A stretch of 63,853 nucleotides of DNA, the filler included. It is 8 parts of 8 records of this genome, joined end to end, with 100 filler letters (N's around TTAATTAATTAA, not from the genome) between each part and the next. Parts side by side here need not be neighbours in the genome. Positions count along the whole stretch, not along the records: positions 16,510 to 24,838 come from SRR31156797_12104; positions 24,939 to 30,397 come from SRR31156797_12111; 6 more parts are not named here. One strand, given 5' to 3'. Both the position numbers and the translations under genes were made by a program. The notes beneath the pieces were generated by a model. That model was given only the letters and a program-made list of their open reading frames with translations. It searched no databases and was not told where the DNA came from. Below, piece after piece: positions 16,976-28,339 of the stretch. Numbering within the stretch: the stretch's first letter is position 1; each line of letters begins with the position of its first letter.

Positions 16976-19900
16976 ATGCAGATTCTGGATAATATTAGTG
17001 ATCTTTGGGGAGAGGATTTAAAAAAGGCAATCGAGCCCGGCGCAAGAATAAAAATAGCGGCTTCCTATTTTTCCATTTATGCCTTTGAGGCATTGAAAGA
17101 AGAGTTAGAGCAGGTTGAGTCGGTGGAGTTTTTATTTACCTCCCCCACCTTTATTCCCAATGAAGTCACCGATAAAATATCCCCGGAAAGAAGGGAATTT
17201 TATATCCCAAAACAATTAAGGGAGCAAAATCTTTACGGAAATGAGTTTGAAATTCAGCTTAAGAATAAATTGACTCAGCGTGCCATTGCCAGGGAATGTG
17301 CAGACTGGATAAGACGGAAAGCCATTTTTAAATCCAACTCAACCAATGCTGCCATGCAGGGATTTGCCTGCATTAACAGTCAAACCTCCGATACCGCGTA
17401 TATGCCGGTCAAAGGATTTACCGCTGTAGACCTCGGGTATCAAAAAGGCAATGCGGTTTCAAATTTCATCACTAAATTCAACGATGCCTCCTCCACAAAA
17501 ACCTGGCTGACCCTCTTTGACCAGATGTGGGAAAATAAGGAAAAGGTCCATACGGTTACGGACAGTATTTGTTCCCATATTGAATCCGTTTACCGGGAGA
17601 ATTCCCCGGAGAAAATTTATTTTCTGATGCTTTACAATATATTCAATGAATTTTTGGAAGATTTGAGCGAAGATGTGCTGCCCAATGATCTGACCGGATA
17701 TAAAAAATCCATAATATGGAACCAACTCTTTAATTTTCAGCGGGATGCTGCAACCGGTATTATAAATAAACTTGAAAGCTATAATGGATGCATTCTTGCG
17801 GACAGTGTGGGCCTGGGCAAAACATTTACAGCTTTGGCGGTGATCAAGTACTATGAACTTAGGAACCGTTCCGTTCTGGTGCTGTGTCCAAAAAAACTGG
17901 CAGATAACTGGCTTAATTATAACCGCCCCTTAAAGACGAATATCCTGGCCAAAGACCGGTTCAATTACGATGTTCTCTGTCATACAGATCTTCAGCGTAC
18001 CAAAGGTGAGTCATTTGGAACCCAGCTAAACCAGGTTAACTGGGGAAATTTCGATCTTGTGGTCATTGATGAATCCCACAATTTTAGAAATAACGAAGCG
18101 TTTAAAGAAAAAGAGACCCGGTATCAAAAGCTCATGCGGGCAGTCATCAAGGACGGTGTCAAAACCCGTGTGCTCATGCTTTCCGCCACACCGGTCAACA
18201 ACCGGTTTAACGATTTGAGAAATCAGTTGGCCCTGGCTTATGAAGGGAAGTCCGACACACTGGGGCAACGATTGAAACTAGAGTCAAGCATTGAAGAGAT
18301 ATTCAGACAGGCCCAGACGGCTTTTAACACCTGGTCTAAACTCCCTGCTGAGCAAAGAACCGCCCAAGCCATTCTTGATTCTCTGGATTTTGATTTTTTC
18401 GAGCTTCTGGACAGTGTCACCATTGCCAGATCACGACGGCATATTGAGACCTATTATGATACCAGCGACATCGGCACCTTTCCCACACGAAACAAGCCTT
18501 TGGCATTTCGCTGCCCATTGACCCACAGGGCGGATATCATCGGCTTCAATGACATTTTTTCACAGCTTTCCCTTTTAAAGTTGTCTGTTTATGCCCCTGT
18601 CAATTACATCCTGCCCAGCCGGATAAAAAAATATGAGGACCTTTATGATACGGCTGTGGAAGGGGGGACAGGCCGGCTGAGACAGGCGGACAGGGAAAAA
18701 AGCCTTCAAAGCCTGATGACCTGCAACCTGTTAAAGCGCCTTGAAAGCTCTGTTCAGTCCTTCCGCTTGACCCTGACAGCCCTGAAAGAAAATATAGATA
18801 ATACCCTTAACCAGATTGGAAAATTTAAAGATTCCGGAAACCAGGGGCTTTTTCAGGGGGACATGGCATCCTTGGAGGGGTTGGAAAATGAAGATGAAGA
18901 TCTCTTGGGCCTGGACAACTTCATGATCGGAAAAAAGGTGAGAATCAGTCTTGCCGATATGGATATTCAATCCTGGGAATACGATTTGAAATCCGATCTG
19001 GCGGGAATATCAGAACTTTTATTTGAGATGGGTAAGATCAGTCCCTTGGATGACGCCAAACTCCAGCATCTGAAACAGCAGGTTCAAGGTAAAATAGAAA
19101 ACCCCATAAATCCGGCCAACAAAAAGGTGATCGTTTTTACCGCCTTTGCCGATACAGCGGATTATCTGTATGAACATTTATCGGAATCCTTTCATGGCCA
19201 GGGCATTGAAGCAGCAAGGGTCACCGGCAGGGGAAATCCAAAAACAACTTTAAAAACAGGGATTGATTTTCAATCCATACTGACCCTGTTTTCTCCTGTT
19301 TCAAAGGAGAAGAAATTAATCATGCCCGACGAGCCCGGTGAAATAGACCTGCTCATTGCAACGGATTGTATATCGGAAGGGCAGAACCTTCAGGACTGTG
19401 ATTATCTGATCAACTATGACATTCACTGGAATCCGGTCCGTATTATCCAGCGGTTCGGCCGTATCGACCGCATCGGCTCCCCCAATGCCGCCATTCAGCT
19501 GGTCAATTACTGGCCGGATATATCCCTGGATGAATATATCAACCTCAAGGAGCGGGTGGAAAACCGTATGGTCATCGCCGATGTGACGGCCACCGGGGAT
19601 GATAATGTCCTGTCTGCCAAGGCCAATAATGTGGCATACAGAAAAGAGCAGCTCCGTCGGCTCAAGGATGAGGTCATTGAGCTGGAAGATGTTAAAACCG
19701 GGGTCAGTATCACAGACCTGGGACTGAATGATTTTCGTATGGATTTGCTCGACTATATGAAAGATAACGGTGATATAGGCGCCTATCCCAAAGGATTGCA
19801 CGCCGTGGTCCGGGCTGATCCTGAAAAAGGCCTGATTCCCGGGGTCGTATTCACCTTAAGAAACCGGAATCCGGGCCTTCATCATCATCTTCACAATAGG

Positions 19901-20251
19901 CTTCACCCCTATTACCTGATTTATATTGATCATGAAGGTCAGATCATAATGGATCATACCCGGGTAAAACCCCTTTTGGATCTGGCCCGCATGGCCTGCA
20001 AGGGGGTGTCAGATCCTGTGATGAACGTCTGCAGGGGATTCAACAGGGAAACCTTTGACGGCAGGAGTATGGACACCTATTCAGACTTGCTCAATCAGGC
20101 GATTTATTCCATGGTCCGTCTCAAAGAAGACAAAGAAGTGGATGCCCTGTTTGCCGATACCCGGGTATCATCAAAAACAACCGGATTTGACGGCCTGGAT
20201 GATTTTGAACTGGTTTCTTTTATTGTGGTACGGGAGGTGGATAATGGATAA
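16976..20251 (+). CDS. SNF2-family helicase with N-terminal PLD-like domain, associated with type III R-M
   Basis: LADSVGLGKT, VIDESHNFRN, LSATPVNN, ATDCISEGQNLQ, QRFGRIDRIGS. Confidence 0.92.
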   Translation: MQILDNISDLWGEDLKKAIEPGARIKIAASYFSIYAFEALKEELEQVESVEFLFTSPTFIPNEVTDKISPERREFYIPKQLREQNLYGNEFEIQLKNKLTQRAIARECADWIRRKAIFKSNSTNAAMQGFACINSQTSDTAYMPVKGFTAVDLGYQKGNAVSNFITKFNDASSTKTWLTLFDQMWENKEKVHTVTDSICSHIESVYRENSPEKIYFLMLYNIFNEFLEDLSEDVLPNDLTGYKKSIIWNQLFNFQRDAATGIINKLESYNGCILADSVGLGKTFTALAVIKYYELRNRSVLVLCPKKLADNWLNYNRPLKTNILAKDRFNYDVLCHTDLQRTKGESFGTQLNQVNWGNFDLVVIDESHNFRNNEAFKEKETRYQKLMRAVIKDGVKTRVLMLSATPVNNRFNDLRNQLALAYEGKSDTLGQRLKLESSIEEIFRQAQTAFNTWSKLPAEQRTAQAILDSLDFDFFELLDSVTIARSRRHIETYYDTSDIGTFPTRNKPLAFRCPLTHRADIIGFNDIFSQLSLLKLSVYAPVNYILPSRIKKYEDLYDTAVEGGTGRLRQADREKSLQSLMTCNLLKRLESSVQSFRLTLTALKENIDNTLNQIGKFKDSGNQGLFQGDMASLEGLENEDEDLLGLDNFMIGKKVRISLADMDIQSWEYDLKSDLAGISELLFEMGKISPLDDAKLQHLKQQVQGKIENPINPANKKVIVFTAFADTADYLYEHLSESFHGQGIEAARVTGRGNPKTTLKTGIDFQSILTLFSPVSKEKKLIMPDEPGEIDLLIATDCISEGQNLQDCDYLINYDIHWNPVRIIQRFGRIDRIGSPNAAIQLVNYWPDISLDEYINLKERVENRMVIADVTATGDDNVLSAKANNVAYRKEQLRRLKDEVIELEDVKTGVSITDLGLNDFRMDLLDYMKDNGDIGAYPKGLHAVVRADPEKGLIPGVVFTLRNRNPGLHHHLHNRLHPYYLIYIDHEGQIIMDHTRVKPLLDLARMACKGVSDPVMNVCRGFNRETFDGRSMDTYSDLLNQAIYSMVRLKEDKEVDALFADTRVSSKTTGFDGLDDFELVSFIVVREVDNG

Positions 20252-20927
20252 TCCCTCAACAGATCATAGACCCCGGCGCTGGAAATTTCCCGAAGCCACA
20301 CGGTTCGATAAAATCGTGGCCAAGGATAAAATACTCAGGCAGACCCCTGCCTCCCCTGCTGAAAAGAAATTGTTCAGGCAGCAGATCCGAAAAATTCGCT
20401 GCTCCCATGAAATCACCGCTGATTCAATGAATATCGACAGCAGTTTCCAGGTGCCTAAAATCCTGGTCATCCAGTTGACGTCGATTGTCCCTGAGCCGGA
20501 GGTAAAAGTTCTTTCCACCGTTGACAGGGCCTTTGGGGTTCCTGTGATTTTTGAAATCCATCACAAGGATCAATCAAGGTATGCTGCAAGCTGCCGCCGC
20601 CGCACCAAGGCGGATAAAGGTTCGTGGACCTTCAGCCCTTATTTTTGGGGCCCATGGATGGACAAGAATATTGAAACCTTTCCTGCGCCCCTTGCCTTGA
20701 GCCTGGATATCCTTTATGAAAAGCTTTTGACACGCCTCTTGCCTCTGCAGCAAAGAGAGCAGGAAGACTTTGTAGGTCTCATGGAGCGGTGGGAAAACAT
20801 ACAGATCCTGAACCGGGAAATGACAAGGCTGGAAGCCAGAATACAACGGGAAAAGCAGTTCAACCGCAAGGTGGCTTTGAACCGGTCTTTGAATCAATTG
20901 AAAAAACAGATGGAAAAGAGTTGCTGA
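20244..20927 (+). CDS. DUF4391 family protein
   Basis: C-terminal EKQFNRKVALN; standard position between helicase and Mod; RBS GGAGG. Confidence 0.88.
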   Translation: MDNPSTDHRPRRWKFPEATRFDKIVAKDKILRQTPASPAEKKLFRQQIRKIRCSHEITADSMNIDSSFQVPKILVIQLTSIVPEPEVKVLSTVDRAFGVPVIFEIHHKDQSRYAASCRRRTKADKGSWTFSPYFWGPWMDKNIETFPAPLALSLDILYEKLLTRLLPLQQREQEDFVGLMERWENIQILNREMTRLEARIQREKQFNRKVALNRSLNQLKKQMEKSC

Positions 20928-20949
20928 AAATTACCTGCCCTGGGCCTGA

Positions 20950-21056
20950 TTGTTTGACGGTTGTTTGATTGAAAACAGCTTTTTTTGTAAAAATATTTAA
21001 CGAACATAGATATATCAATGGTTATACACTTGTTTTTTGTTTGACCGTTGTTTGAT
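20950..21056. repeat. 20-bp direct repeat TTGTTTGAC(G/C)GTTGTTTGAT at 20950-20969 and 21037-21056
   Basis: 19/20 identity; each copy contains two TTGTTTGA units; intergenic, upstream of mod. Confidence 0.8.
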
Positions 21057-21067
21057 AAAGAATTGGA

Positions 21068-23038
21068 GTGATCGTGGAACCCTTAAAAATGCATACCCCG
21101 GATTTTACGGATGAAAATATTGAAAACCTGGCCAAACTCTTCCCCAATTGTGTCACGGAGTCGGAAGATGAAAAGGGCCGTTTAAAGCGATCCCTTGATT
21201 TTGACCTGCTCCGCCAGGAATTATCCCCCCATATCGTGGAAGGCCCCAAAGAGCGGTATCATCTGAATTGGCCGGGTAAAAGACAGGCGCTGCTGGCCGC
21301 CAACGCCCCCATTGCCAAAACCCTTCGCCCCTGCCGGGAGGAAAGTGTGGATTTTGATACCACGGAGAATATTTTCATTGAAGGGGATAATCTGGATGCC
21401 CTCAAGCTTCTCCAGGAAACCTATCTGGGCAAGGTCAAGATGATCTATATTGATCCCCCCTATAATACGGGAAAGGATTTTATTTATTCGGACCGGTTTG
21501 CCAGGTCCAGTCAGGATTATCTTCTGGATTCCGGGCAGAAGGATGAACAGGGCAATCGGCTTACGGCCAATACCGAGTCCAACGGCCGGTTTCATTCGGA
21601 CTGGCTTTCCATGATGTATTCCCGGTTGAAGCTTGCCAGAAATTTGCTCCGGGATGATGGGGTTATTTTTGTTAGTATTGATGAAAATGAATTTGATAAT
21701 CTACTAAAGATTTGTAACGAAGTTTTCGGTGAAGATAATTACGTGGGAGCTATTTCATGGAAAAATTGTACAGACAATAATCCTACCAATATTGCAATGG
21801 AGCATGAATATATTGTCTCTTTTTCAAAAACCAAGGATCATATTTCAAAGGTATGGAAAAGCTCTGTTTCGGACGTTAAAATGATATTAGTAGACAAGTT
21901 TAAAGAACTCTCGAATAGAATAGATGATACTGATTTAAAAGAAAAAGAGTATAAAAAATGGTTTAAGGAACATAAATCAGAATTATGGCCTCTCGATGGT
22001 TATAAACACATAGATTCAGGTGGTATCTATGCCGGTATTCGTGGAGTTCATAACCCGGGAAAAGACGGTTATCGATACGATGTTATTCATCCAAAAACGA
22101 ATAAGCCGTGTAAAGAGCCTCTTATGGGTTATCGTTTTCCTAAGGATACGATGATGAAGTTATTATCCGAAGGAAAAATAATTTTCGGTGAAGACGAGTC
22201 AAAAATAATCGAACTTAAGTCTTATGCTCAAGATTATCAGGAAAAATTGTCTAGTGTATTTGAACTCGATAATAGATCTGGAGCTTACGATGTAAGAAAG
22301 TTATTTCCAGGTACAAAATCATTATTTGGAAATCCTAAACCAATAAAATTATTAGAAAAATTTGTTTCTTTAGTTACTAAGAATGGAGAGATAGTTTTAG
22401 ATTTCTTTTCAGGTTCATCCACAACCGCCCACGCAGTAATGCAACTTAACGCAGAAGACAAAGGCAACCGCAAATTCATCATGGTTCAATTACCGGAAGC
22501 CTGCGATGAAAAATCAGAAGCCTTTAAAGCCGGATACAAAACCATTGCCGAAATCAGCAAAGAGAGAATCAGAAAGGCGGGAAAGAAAATCAGGGAAGAC
22601 AATCCCGAAACAGCCGAAAATCTTGATACCGGATTCAGGGTATTCAAAATCGACTCCAGCAATATGGCGGATGTGTTCTATACCCCGGATGAACTGGATC
22701 AGGGACTGCTGCCCCTGGCAATGGAAAACATCAAGGAGGGCAGAAGTTCCGAGGATCTTTTGTTCCAGGTGCTTCTGGACTGGGGGGTGGATCTGTCACT
22801 GCCCGTTGAAACGAAGACCCTCATGGGCCGGGAGGTCTTTTTTGTGGACAGTAATGCCCTGGCGGCCTGTTTTGAGAAAAAAGGAGGAATTACCGAGGAT
22901 CTGTGCAAGGAATTGGCTCAATTTAAGCCGTTGCGGGTGGTGTTCAGGGATTCGGGATTCAAGGACGACAGTGTGAAGATCAATGTGACCCAGATTTTCA
23001 AACTTATGTCTCCTGAGACAGAGGTGAAAACCATATGA
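21068..23038 (+). CDS. mod: Type III restriction-modification methyltransferase (Mod)
   Basis: IYIDPPYNTG and VLDFFSGSSTT; AT-rich central target-recognition region. Confidence 0.95.
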   Translation: MIVEPLKMHTPDFTDENIENLAKLFPNCVTESEDEKGRLKRSLDFDLLRQELSPHIVEGPKERYHLNWPGKRQALLAANAPIAKTLRPCREESVDFDTTENIFIEGDNLDALKLLQETYLGKVKMIYIDPPYNTGKDFIYSDRFARSSQDYLLDSGQKDEQGNRLTANTESNGRFHSDWLSMMYSRLKLARNLLRDDGVIFVSIDENEFDNLLKICNEVFGEDNYVGAISWKNCTDNNPTNIAMEHEYIVSFSKTKDHISKVWKSSVSDVKMILVDKFKELSNRIDDTDLKEKEYKKWFKEHKSELWPLDGYKHIDSGGIYAGIRGVHNPGKDGYRYDVIHPKTNKPCKEPLMGYRFPKDTMMKLLSEGKIIFGEDESKIIELKSYAQDYQEKLSSVFELDNRSGAYDVRKLFPGTKSLFGNPKPIKLLEKFVSLVTKNGEIVLDFFSGSSTTAHAVMQLNAEDKGNRKFIMVQLPEACDEKSEAFKAGYKTIAEISKERIRKAGKKIREDNPETAENLDTGFRVFKIDSSNMADVFYTPDELDQGLLPLAMENIKEGRSSEDLLFQVLLDWGVDLSLPVETKTLMGREVFFVDSNALAACFEKKGGITEDLCKELAQFKPLRVVFRDSGFKDDSVKINVTQIFKLMSPETEVKTI

Positions 23039-24153
23039 GCAGGCAACAAATAGAATCGGGAAAAGGAGAAATTCTTCTTTACCGGAGTGCTGACGGCCAG
23101 GTCCGGCTGGATGTCCGGCTGGAAAATGAAACGGTCTGGCTGACCCAGAACAACATGGCAGAGTTGTTCAGGACCACCCAACAGAATGTCAGCCAGCATA
23201 TTATCAGTATATATAAAGAGGGTGAGCTGGACCCTGAGGGAACTCACAAGAAATTCTTGTCAGTTCGGCAGGAGGGAAAAAGATCCGTGCGGCGGCACCT
23301 GGAATATTATAACCTTGATATGATTATTTCTGTTGGATACCGGGTAAAAAGCCAGGTCGCCACGCGGTTCCGGATCTGGGCCACCCAAAGGCTCAAGGAA
23401 TACATCATCAAAGGTTTTACCATGGATGATGAGCGTTTAAAAAATCCACCGGTAAAGGATTCTTTGGTTCCGGATTATTTTGATGAAATGCTGGAGCGGG
23501 TCCGGGATATCCGGGCCAGTGAGCGGAGGATGTATCTTCGGGTCAAAGATATTTTTGCCATGGCAGCCGATTATGAGCCCGGCTGGAAGCAGACCACCGT
23601 GTTTTTCAGTACCATCCAGAATAAACTTCATTTTGCTGCCACAGGCCAGACAGCCGCCGAGCTGATACAGGACCGGGCGGATCATTTTCTGCCCAATATG
23701 GGGCTGAAAAGCTGGAAAGGGGATGTGGTCCGGAAAACCGATGTGGTGACAGCCAAAAACTATCTTAGGGAAGAAGAGATAGACGGGCTGAACCGGATTG
23801 TGGTTATGTGGCTGGATTTTGCAGAGGATCAGGCAAGAAGACGCAAACAGATTTTTCTCAAGGACTGGGAGACAAAGCTGGATGATTTTCTGAGGTTCAA
23901 CGACAGGGAGGTTTTGACCCATTCAGGATCTGTGACCAGGAAAGCGGCCGTTGAATATGCCAGAGACGAGTATGATCAATTTGAAATCATCCGCCGCAAG
24001 CAGCAAGAAACACTGGGTGAAAAAGAATATGTCAGAGAGCTGGAACGTATGGCTGAAAAACTGCCCGCTCCATCCAAGGGGCAAAAGAAACCAGTTAAAC
24101 AAACACTTGCAAAGCCAGGTAAAAAGCCCGGTAAGAAGAAAGATCCCTCATGA
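23035..24153 (+). CDS. Virulence RhuM family protein
   Basis: [38 protein letters not shown]. Confidence 0.92.
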   Translation: MSRQQIESGKGEILLYRSADGQVRLDVRLENETVWLTQNNMAELFRTTQQNVSQHIISIYKEGELDPEGTHKKFLSVRQEGKRSVRRHLEYYNLDMIISVGYRVKSQVATRFRIWATQRLKEYIIKGFTMDDERLKNPPVKDSLVPDYFDEMLERVRDIRASERRMYLRVKDIFAMAADYEPGWKQTTVFFSTIQNKLHFAATGQTAAELIQDRADHFLPNMGLKSWKGDVVRKTDVVTAKNYLREEEIDGLNRIVVMWLDFAEDQARRRKQIFLKDWETKLDDFLRFNDREVLTHSGSVTRKAAVEYARDEYDQFEIIRRKQQETLGEKEYVRELERMAEKLPAPSKGQKKPVKQTLAKPGKKPGKKKDPS

Positions 24154-24838
24154 AGCTCAAATTTAAGAAACAGCCGTTCCAGACCCGTGCCGTGGAGGCG
24201 GTGGTTGACTGCTTTACCGGACAACCCATGGCCCAAAAAACTGATTATAGAATTGATCCGGGAGTCCGTAAAAAAGATGGCCATGGATATGTCCAGACAG
24301 AAATGGATGAAGAGAAAACCGGGTTTAGGAATGCTCAGATTCGATTGCTGGAACAAGATCTTTTGAAAAATATTCAGGAGGTCCAGCGCCGCCAGAACCT
24401 TCCTGTCTCCGAAGCACTTGTGAAAACACAAGTTTCTTCATTGAACCTGGACGTGGAGATGGAGACCGGTACCGGCAAGACCTATTGCTATATCAAAACC
24501 GTTTTTGAGCTGAACCGCAGGTTTGGCTGGACCAAATTCATTGTGGTGGTGCCGAGCATCGCCATCCGGGAAGGGGTATATAAAACCCTTGAGATTACGG
24601 CAGAGCACTTTCAGGAAACCTACGGTAAAAAGGCCAGGTTTTTCATTTATAATTCAAAACAACTCCATCATCTGGAGAGCTTTTCCTCGGATGCCGGGAT
24701 CAACCTCATGGTGATCAATGTCCAGGCCTTTAATTCCAGGGCAAAGGACAATAGAAGGATTTATGAGGCGCTGGATGCGTTTCAGAGCCGCAGACCCATT
24801 GATGTGATTATTAACCCGGCAAAAAAACAGGCGACAAA
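24150..24838 (+). CDS. res: Type III restriction endonuclease Res subunit (3' truncated)
   Basis: [35 protein letters not shown]. Confidence 0.93.
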
Positions 24839-24938
24839 NNNNNNNNNNNNNNNNNNNNNNNNNNNNNNNNNNNNNNNNNNNNTTAATTAATTAANNNNNN
24901 NNNNNNNNNNNNNNNNNNNNNNNNNNNNNNNNNNNNNN

Positions 24939-25670
24939 CGCCTTTTTCATCATGGGAATGGTGAACATGCCGGTTGACACGGTATTGGCGATGGCGCTTC
25001 CCGAGATGGACCCCATGAGCCCGGAGGCAATGACGGACACCTTGGCAGGTCCGCCGATCTTATGGCCCACGGCTGCCAGGGGCCAGTCGATAAAAAACTT
25101 CTGGGCCCCGCATTTTTCAAGAAAAGCGCCAAAGAGAACAAAGAGAATCACATAGGTGGCAAGCACGTTGGCCATGATGCCGAACACCCCGTCGCTCTTG
25201 TAGAAGATGCTGATGCAAAGTTCGGGAAACGGGGCCCCGGCATGGGAGACGAGATCCGGGGCCATGTAACCGTACACCCCGTAAACAAGCATGACCACCC
25301 CGATGATGACAAAGACGTTTCCCACCACCCTTCTGGCAAGCTCGATGCCGAGGAGAACGCCGACAATGGCGATCACCATATCGAGCCGGGTCTCGGCACC
25401 GGTACGATAGTTGATCGACTCGAAATTGAGGATCCAGTAACCGATGGAACCCACCGAGAGCACCATGAGACAATAGTCCACCACCCGCATGATACGGGAT
25501 TTGGACCGGTAGAGCAGGAACACGAGAAGATAGGTGATGATAACATAGACGCCCCGGTGGTACTGGGTTGCCATGGGCTGGATCACTGCGGCATAGGAGT
25601 AAAAAAGAACAAGAATCACCGCACATGCATCAAAGAGTATCTTCTCAAACCTGTTTAGTTGCTCATACAC
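24939..25670 (-). CDS. TRAP transporter fused permease (DctMQ, TAXI-type), 3' truncated
   Basis: GGPAKVSVIASGLMGSISGSAIAN; multi-TM. Confidence 0.9.
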
Positions 25671-25753
25671 GATTGACCTGCCTATATTGAATTAATATAG
25701 TTGAATATCACGGGGGGATCGCCCCCCCCATGGTTAAATTACAACAATTGCCC

Positions 25754-26728
25754 CTATTTCAGGACGCCCTTCTCTTTCCAGAACCGTTCCGCGCCGGGAT
25801 GGAAAGGCGTCACGATACCGTTCGTGCCGGTTGAAACACGCATCTCCTTGAAGGTCTTTTTCTGGCCGTGCATGTGCTTGAGCCCCTCGTCGGAGTAGAC
25901 CAGGGAGAGCATTTTATAGACAACGTCCTCCGGCACCTTTGCGTTGGCAACCCAGAGGGTGGAGTCCTGGAAGGAGGGAGTATCCTGGGTTACGCCCTTA
26001 TACGTGTCGGCGGGAATGGGGAGTTTCGCAAAATAGGGGTATTTATTGTAGAACCCGCCTTTCACGGCGTCCTGGTCCAGGTTCACAAGCTCGATGTCGT
26101 TGGTCTGGGCCGCCATGATGACGGCGCCGCTGGGAAATGCGGTGAAGAGCCAGAAGGCGTCAAGCTGGTTGTTACCAAAGGCCTGGGCCGCATCGTTGTA
26201 GCCCATTGCGTTTCGCTCGATCTTGTCCCACACCCCCATGTGGGTGAAGAAGAGTTCACAATTGGCAAAAGCGCCTGATCCGGCATTGCCCACGCCCACT
26301 TTCTTGCCCACAAGGTCGTTCACGCTGGTGATGCCCGAGCCCTTCCGGGTGACCAGCTGGGCGGGCGCCCCATAAAGGTAGGAAACCGCCAGGACATCCG
26401 TATACTTCCGGTTGTCGTTCTTCATCTTGCCGTTGCGCCCCAGCCACACATGGCCGGAATAGACCACGCTCATCTGCTGCCGGCCGGCATTGGTTTTCCG
26501 GAGATTTTCCACCGACCCGGCGGAAGACTGGGCCTGAACCTTGAACCCGGGAAGCTGCTTCAGGGGCTTAAAGACCTGAATCCCGTTGGCAACCACCTGA
26601 AAGGTTCCTCCGGCGGGCCCGCCGCCAAAGACGATCCGCTTCTTGGCAAAGGCCGAAGGAGAAACGAGCAGAGAGACACCTACGAATAAACCAAGGGCAA
26701 TACTTACCACAGACTGTTTACATCCCAT
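25754..26728 (-). CDS. TAXI family TRAP solute-binding protein
   Basis: Signal peptide, GGPAGGTF, SAGSVEN, PFHPGAERF; RBS AGGAGG. Confidence 0.92.
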   Translation of the reverse strand: MGCKQSVVSIALGLFVGVSLLVSPSAFAKKRIVFGGGPAGGTFQVVANGIQVFKPLKQLPGFKVQAQSSAGSVENLRKTNAGRQQMSVVYSGHVWLGRNGKMKNDNRKYTDVLAVSYLYGAPAQLVTRKGSGITSVNDLVGKKVGVGNAGSGAFANCELFFTHMGVWDKIERNAMGYNDAAQAFGNNQLDAFWLFTAFPSGAVIMAAQTNDIELVNLDQDAVKGGFYNKYPYFAKLPIPADTYKGVTQDTPSFQDSTLWVANAKVPEDVVYKMLSLVYSDEGLKHMHGQKKTFKEMRVSTGTNGIVTPFHPGAERFWKEKGVLK

Positions 26729-26964
26729 GAAATCCTCCTGTTTGTTGTCTATATTAAGGTGAACGCGGACGCCAGGCAGGCTTGTTTTATCATAAAGAAT
26801 ACAACAAGGAACGCCGGCCCCATTGAAGAACAGTAACAGCAAGGAACAATGGGGTCAATTGGGAGATTTCTGATTATGGTGTAGGAATTTTTCTTACATG
26901 GCGGGAAGGACGGGAGGAGGGAAAGGAGCCCTCCGGCGGGAAAAAGAAGGGTCCATGAAACATC

Positions 26965-27008
26965 AAAGCCCCTGAAAAACGCCCATAACAGGCTTTTCCA
27001 GGGGCTTT
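26965..27008 (-). terminator. Hairpin terminator downstream of ferredoxin
   Basis: AAAGCCCCTG...CAGGGGCTTT. Confidence 0.65.
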
Positions 27009-27036
27009 GATATTAAAACTCTACCATAAAGGAGGA

Positions 27037-27225
27037 CTAGTCCTCTTCTACGGTGATTGCATCTTCTTCACATACTTCAACGCAGCTCTCGCAGCCCATG
27101 CACTCCTCGGCGTTGACGGCAACGGATTTCTCGTTCTCCATCTCAAATACCTCTACAGGACATACATCAACGCACTCTTCACAGCCAACGCATTTTGCTT
27201 CATCAACAACAGGATTAAAAGCCAT
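27037..27225 (-). CDS. 2[4Fe-4S] ferredoxin (62 aa)
   Basis: CVGCEECVDVCP and CMGCESCVEVC; RBS GGAGG. Confidence 0.95.
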   Translation of the reverse strand: MAFNPVVDEAKCVGCEECVDVCPVEVFEMENEKSVAVNAEECMGCESCVEVCEEDAITVEED

Positions 27226-27313
27226 TTTTTTAAGCCTCCATAAAAAATTTAACGTAAAGTCTATTATAAAAACACTCAACAAGAGCGCCTATTATAACAG
27301 GTAACCTATCAAA

Positions 27314-28339
27314 TCAAGCATTTTTATTTCTCACACTCACCAGGCACACGGGAATTTCCATGTTTGAACCCCGGAGCAGTGCGTATTTTCTGGCCTCCCG
27401 GTCGGTCGGACAGAATATTTTGCTCACATCATCACCCGAAAAAAGATAGAGCTGGATATCGGCCAAAAGGCCACAGCCGTCATCGGCTTCCATCAGGTCA
27501 TTCTTTTCCGGCGGGTTGCCGGAGATGGCGTTTTCCAAGAGATCTTTCAACCGATCCTGCCACCCGGCATTGTGTTCACAACACCCTTCATGCACTTTAA
27601 AATTCTCAATGTCAAGAACCTTTATCGACTTTTTTGACTTTGAGCGAAAATAGTCCACTACGGCCGGGCTGGTGGTGACCGGAACAAGGGGGTCTCCCCC
27701 ACTGAAAAGATCGATTTTTTCACGGAAAAACCGCGCCCAGGCGAGGATTCGCTTTTCAGTCATCACCCTGCCCGGGTCCTGGTCCTGATCCGGGACACAG
27801 GAATCATCGCCCTGTTTCGCCAACTGCGCTCCATCCTTTAGAACCGAGAAAAGCGCGGCCTCATCCCTGGCAATGGAACAAAGCCTTGCGTTGACCTCCT
27901 CGGTATCGGCATCGGACTCCTGGGCGGTCCTCAGGAAAACAAGGGAGCTGAGAAACGCCGCTCCGGAATCCACCGGCGCCCCGGGCGCCGGGTTACCGGA
28001 ACCGGCGGCCCCCCCGGCCTCCTGCTCGATACGGGATTTCAATGTCGCAATCCCGGTGTCACTGGTAAAGTAGGGGGTTTCCCGGACCCGGGATTTCAAC
28101 TGCCCGGGGCGGCCATGGTTCACCCCTGCCCACAGCTTGTAATCCTCGACCTTTGCAAGGGCCGGCATCAGCTCGTCCGGTGCCGGCAGAACTACGTCTA
28201 TGTCGGAATTGCCGGCTTCAACCTCTTTTGCAGCGCTGACGCTCAAGTGGCAGAAGCCTTTAAAACAGGCGGAAAGCGCCCTGGCATCCTGTTTTCGTAC
28301 ATGGGTAAACGGAAAAAACAGAGGTTTCATTTTTCTCAC
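27314..28339 (-). CDS. Hypothetical protein
   Basis: Long ORF overlapping the upstream stop; no recognised motif. Confidence 0.75.
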   Translation of the reverse strand: MRKMKPLFFPFTHVRKQDARALSACFKGFCHLSVSAAKEVEAGNSDIDVVLPAPDELMPALAKVEDYKLWAGVNHGRPGQLKSRVRETPYFTSDTGIATLKSRIEQEAGGAAGSGNPAPGAPVDSGAAFLSSLVFLRTAQESDADTEEVNARLCSIARDEAALFSVLKDGAQLAKQGDDSCVPDQDQDPGRVMTEKRILAWARFFREKIDLFSGGDPLVPVTTSPAVVDYFRSKSKKSIKVLDIENFKVHEGCCEHNAGWQDRLKDLLENAISGNPPEKNDLMEADDGCGLLADIQLYLFSGDDVSKIFCPTDREARKYALLRGSNMEIPVCLVSVRNKNA

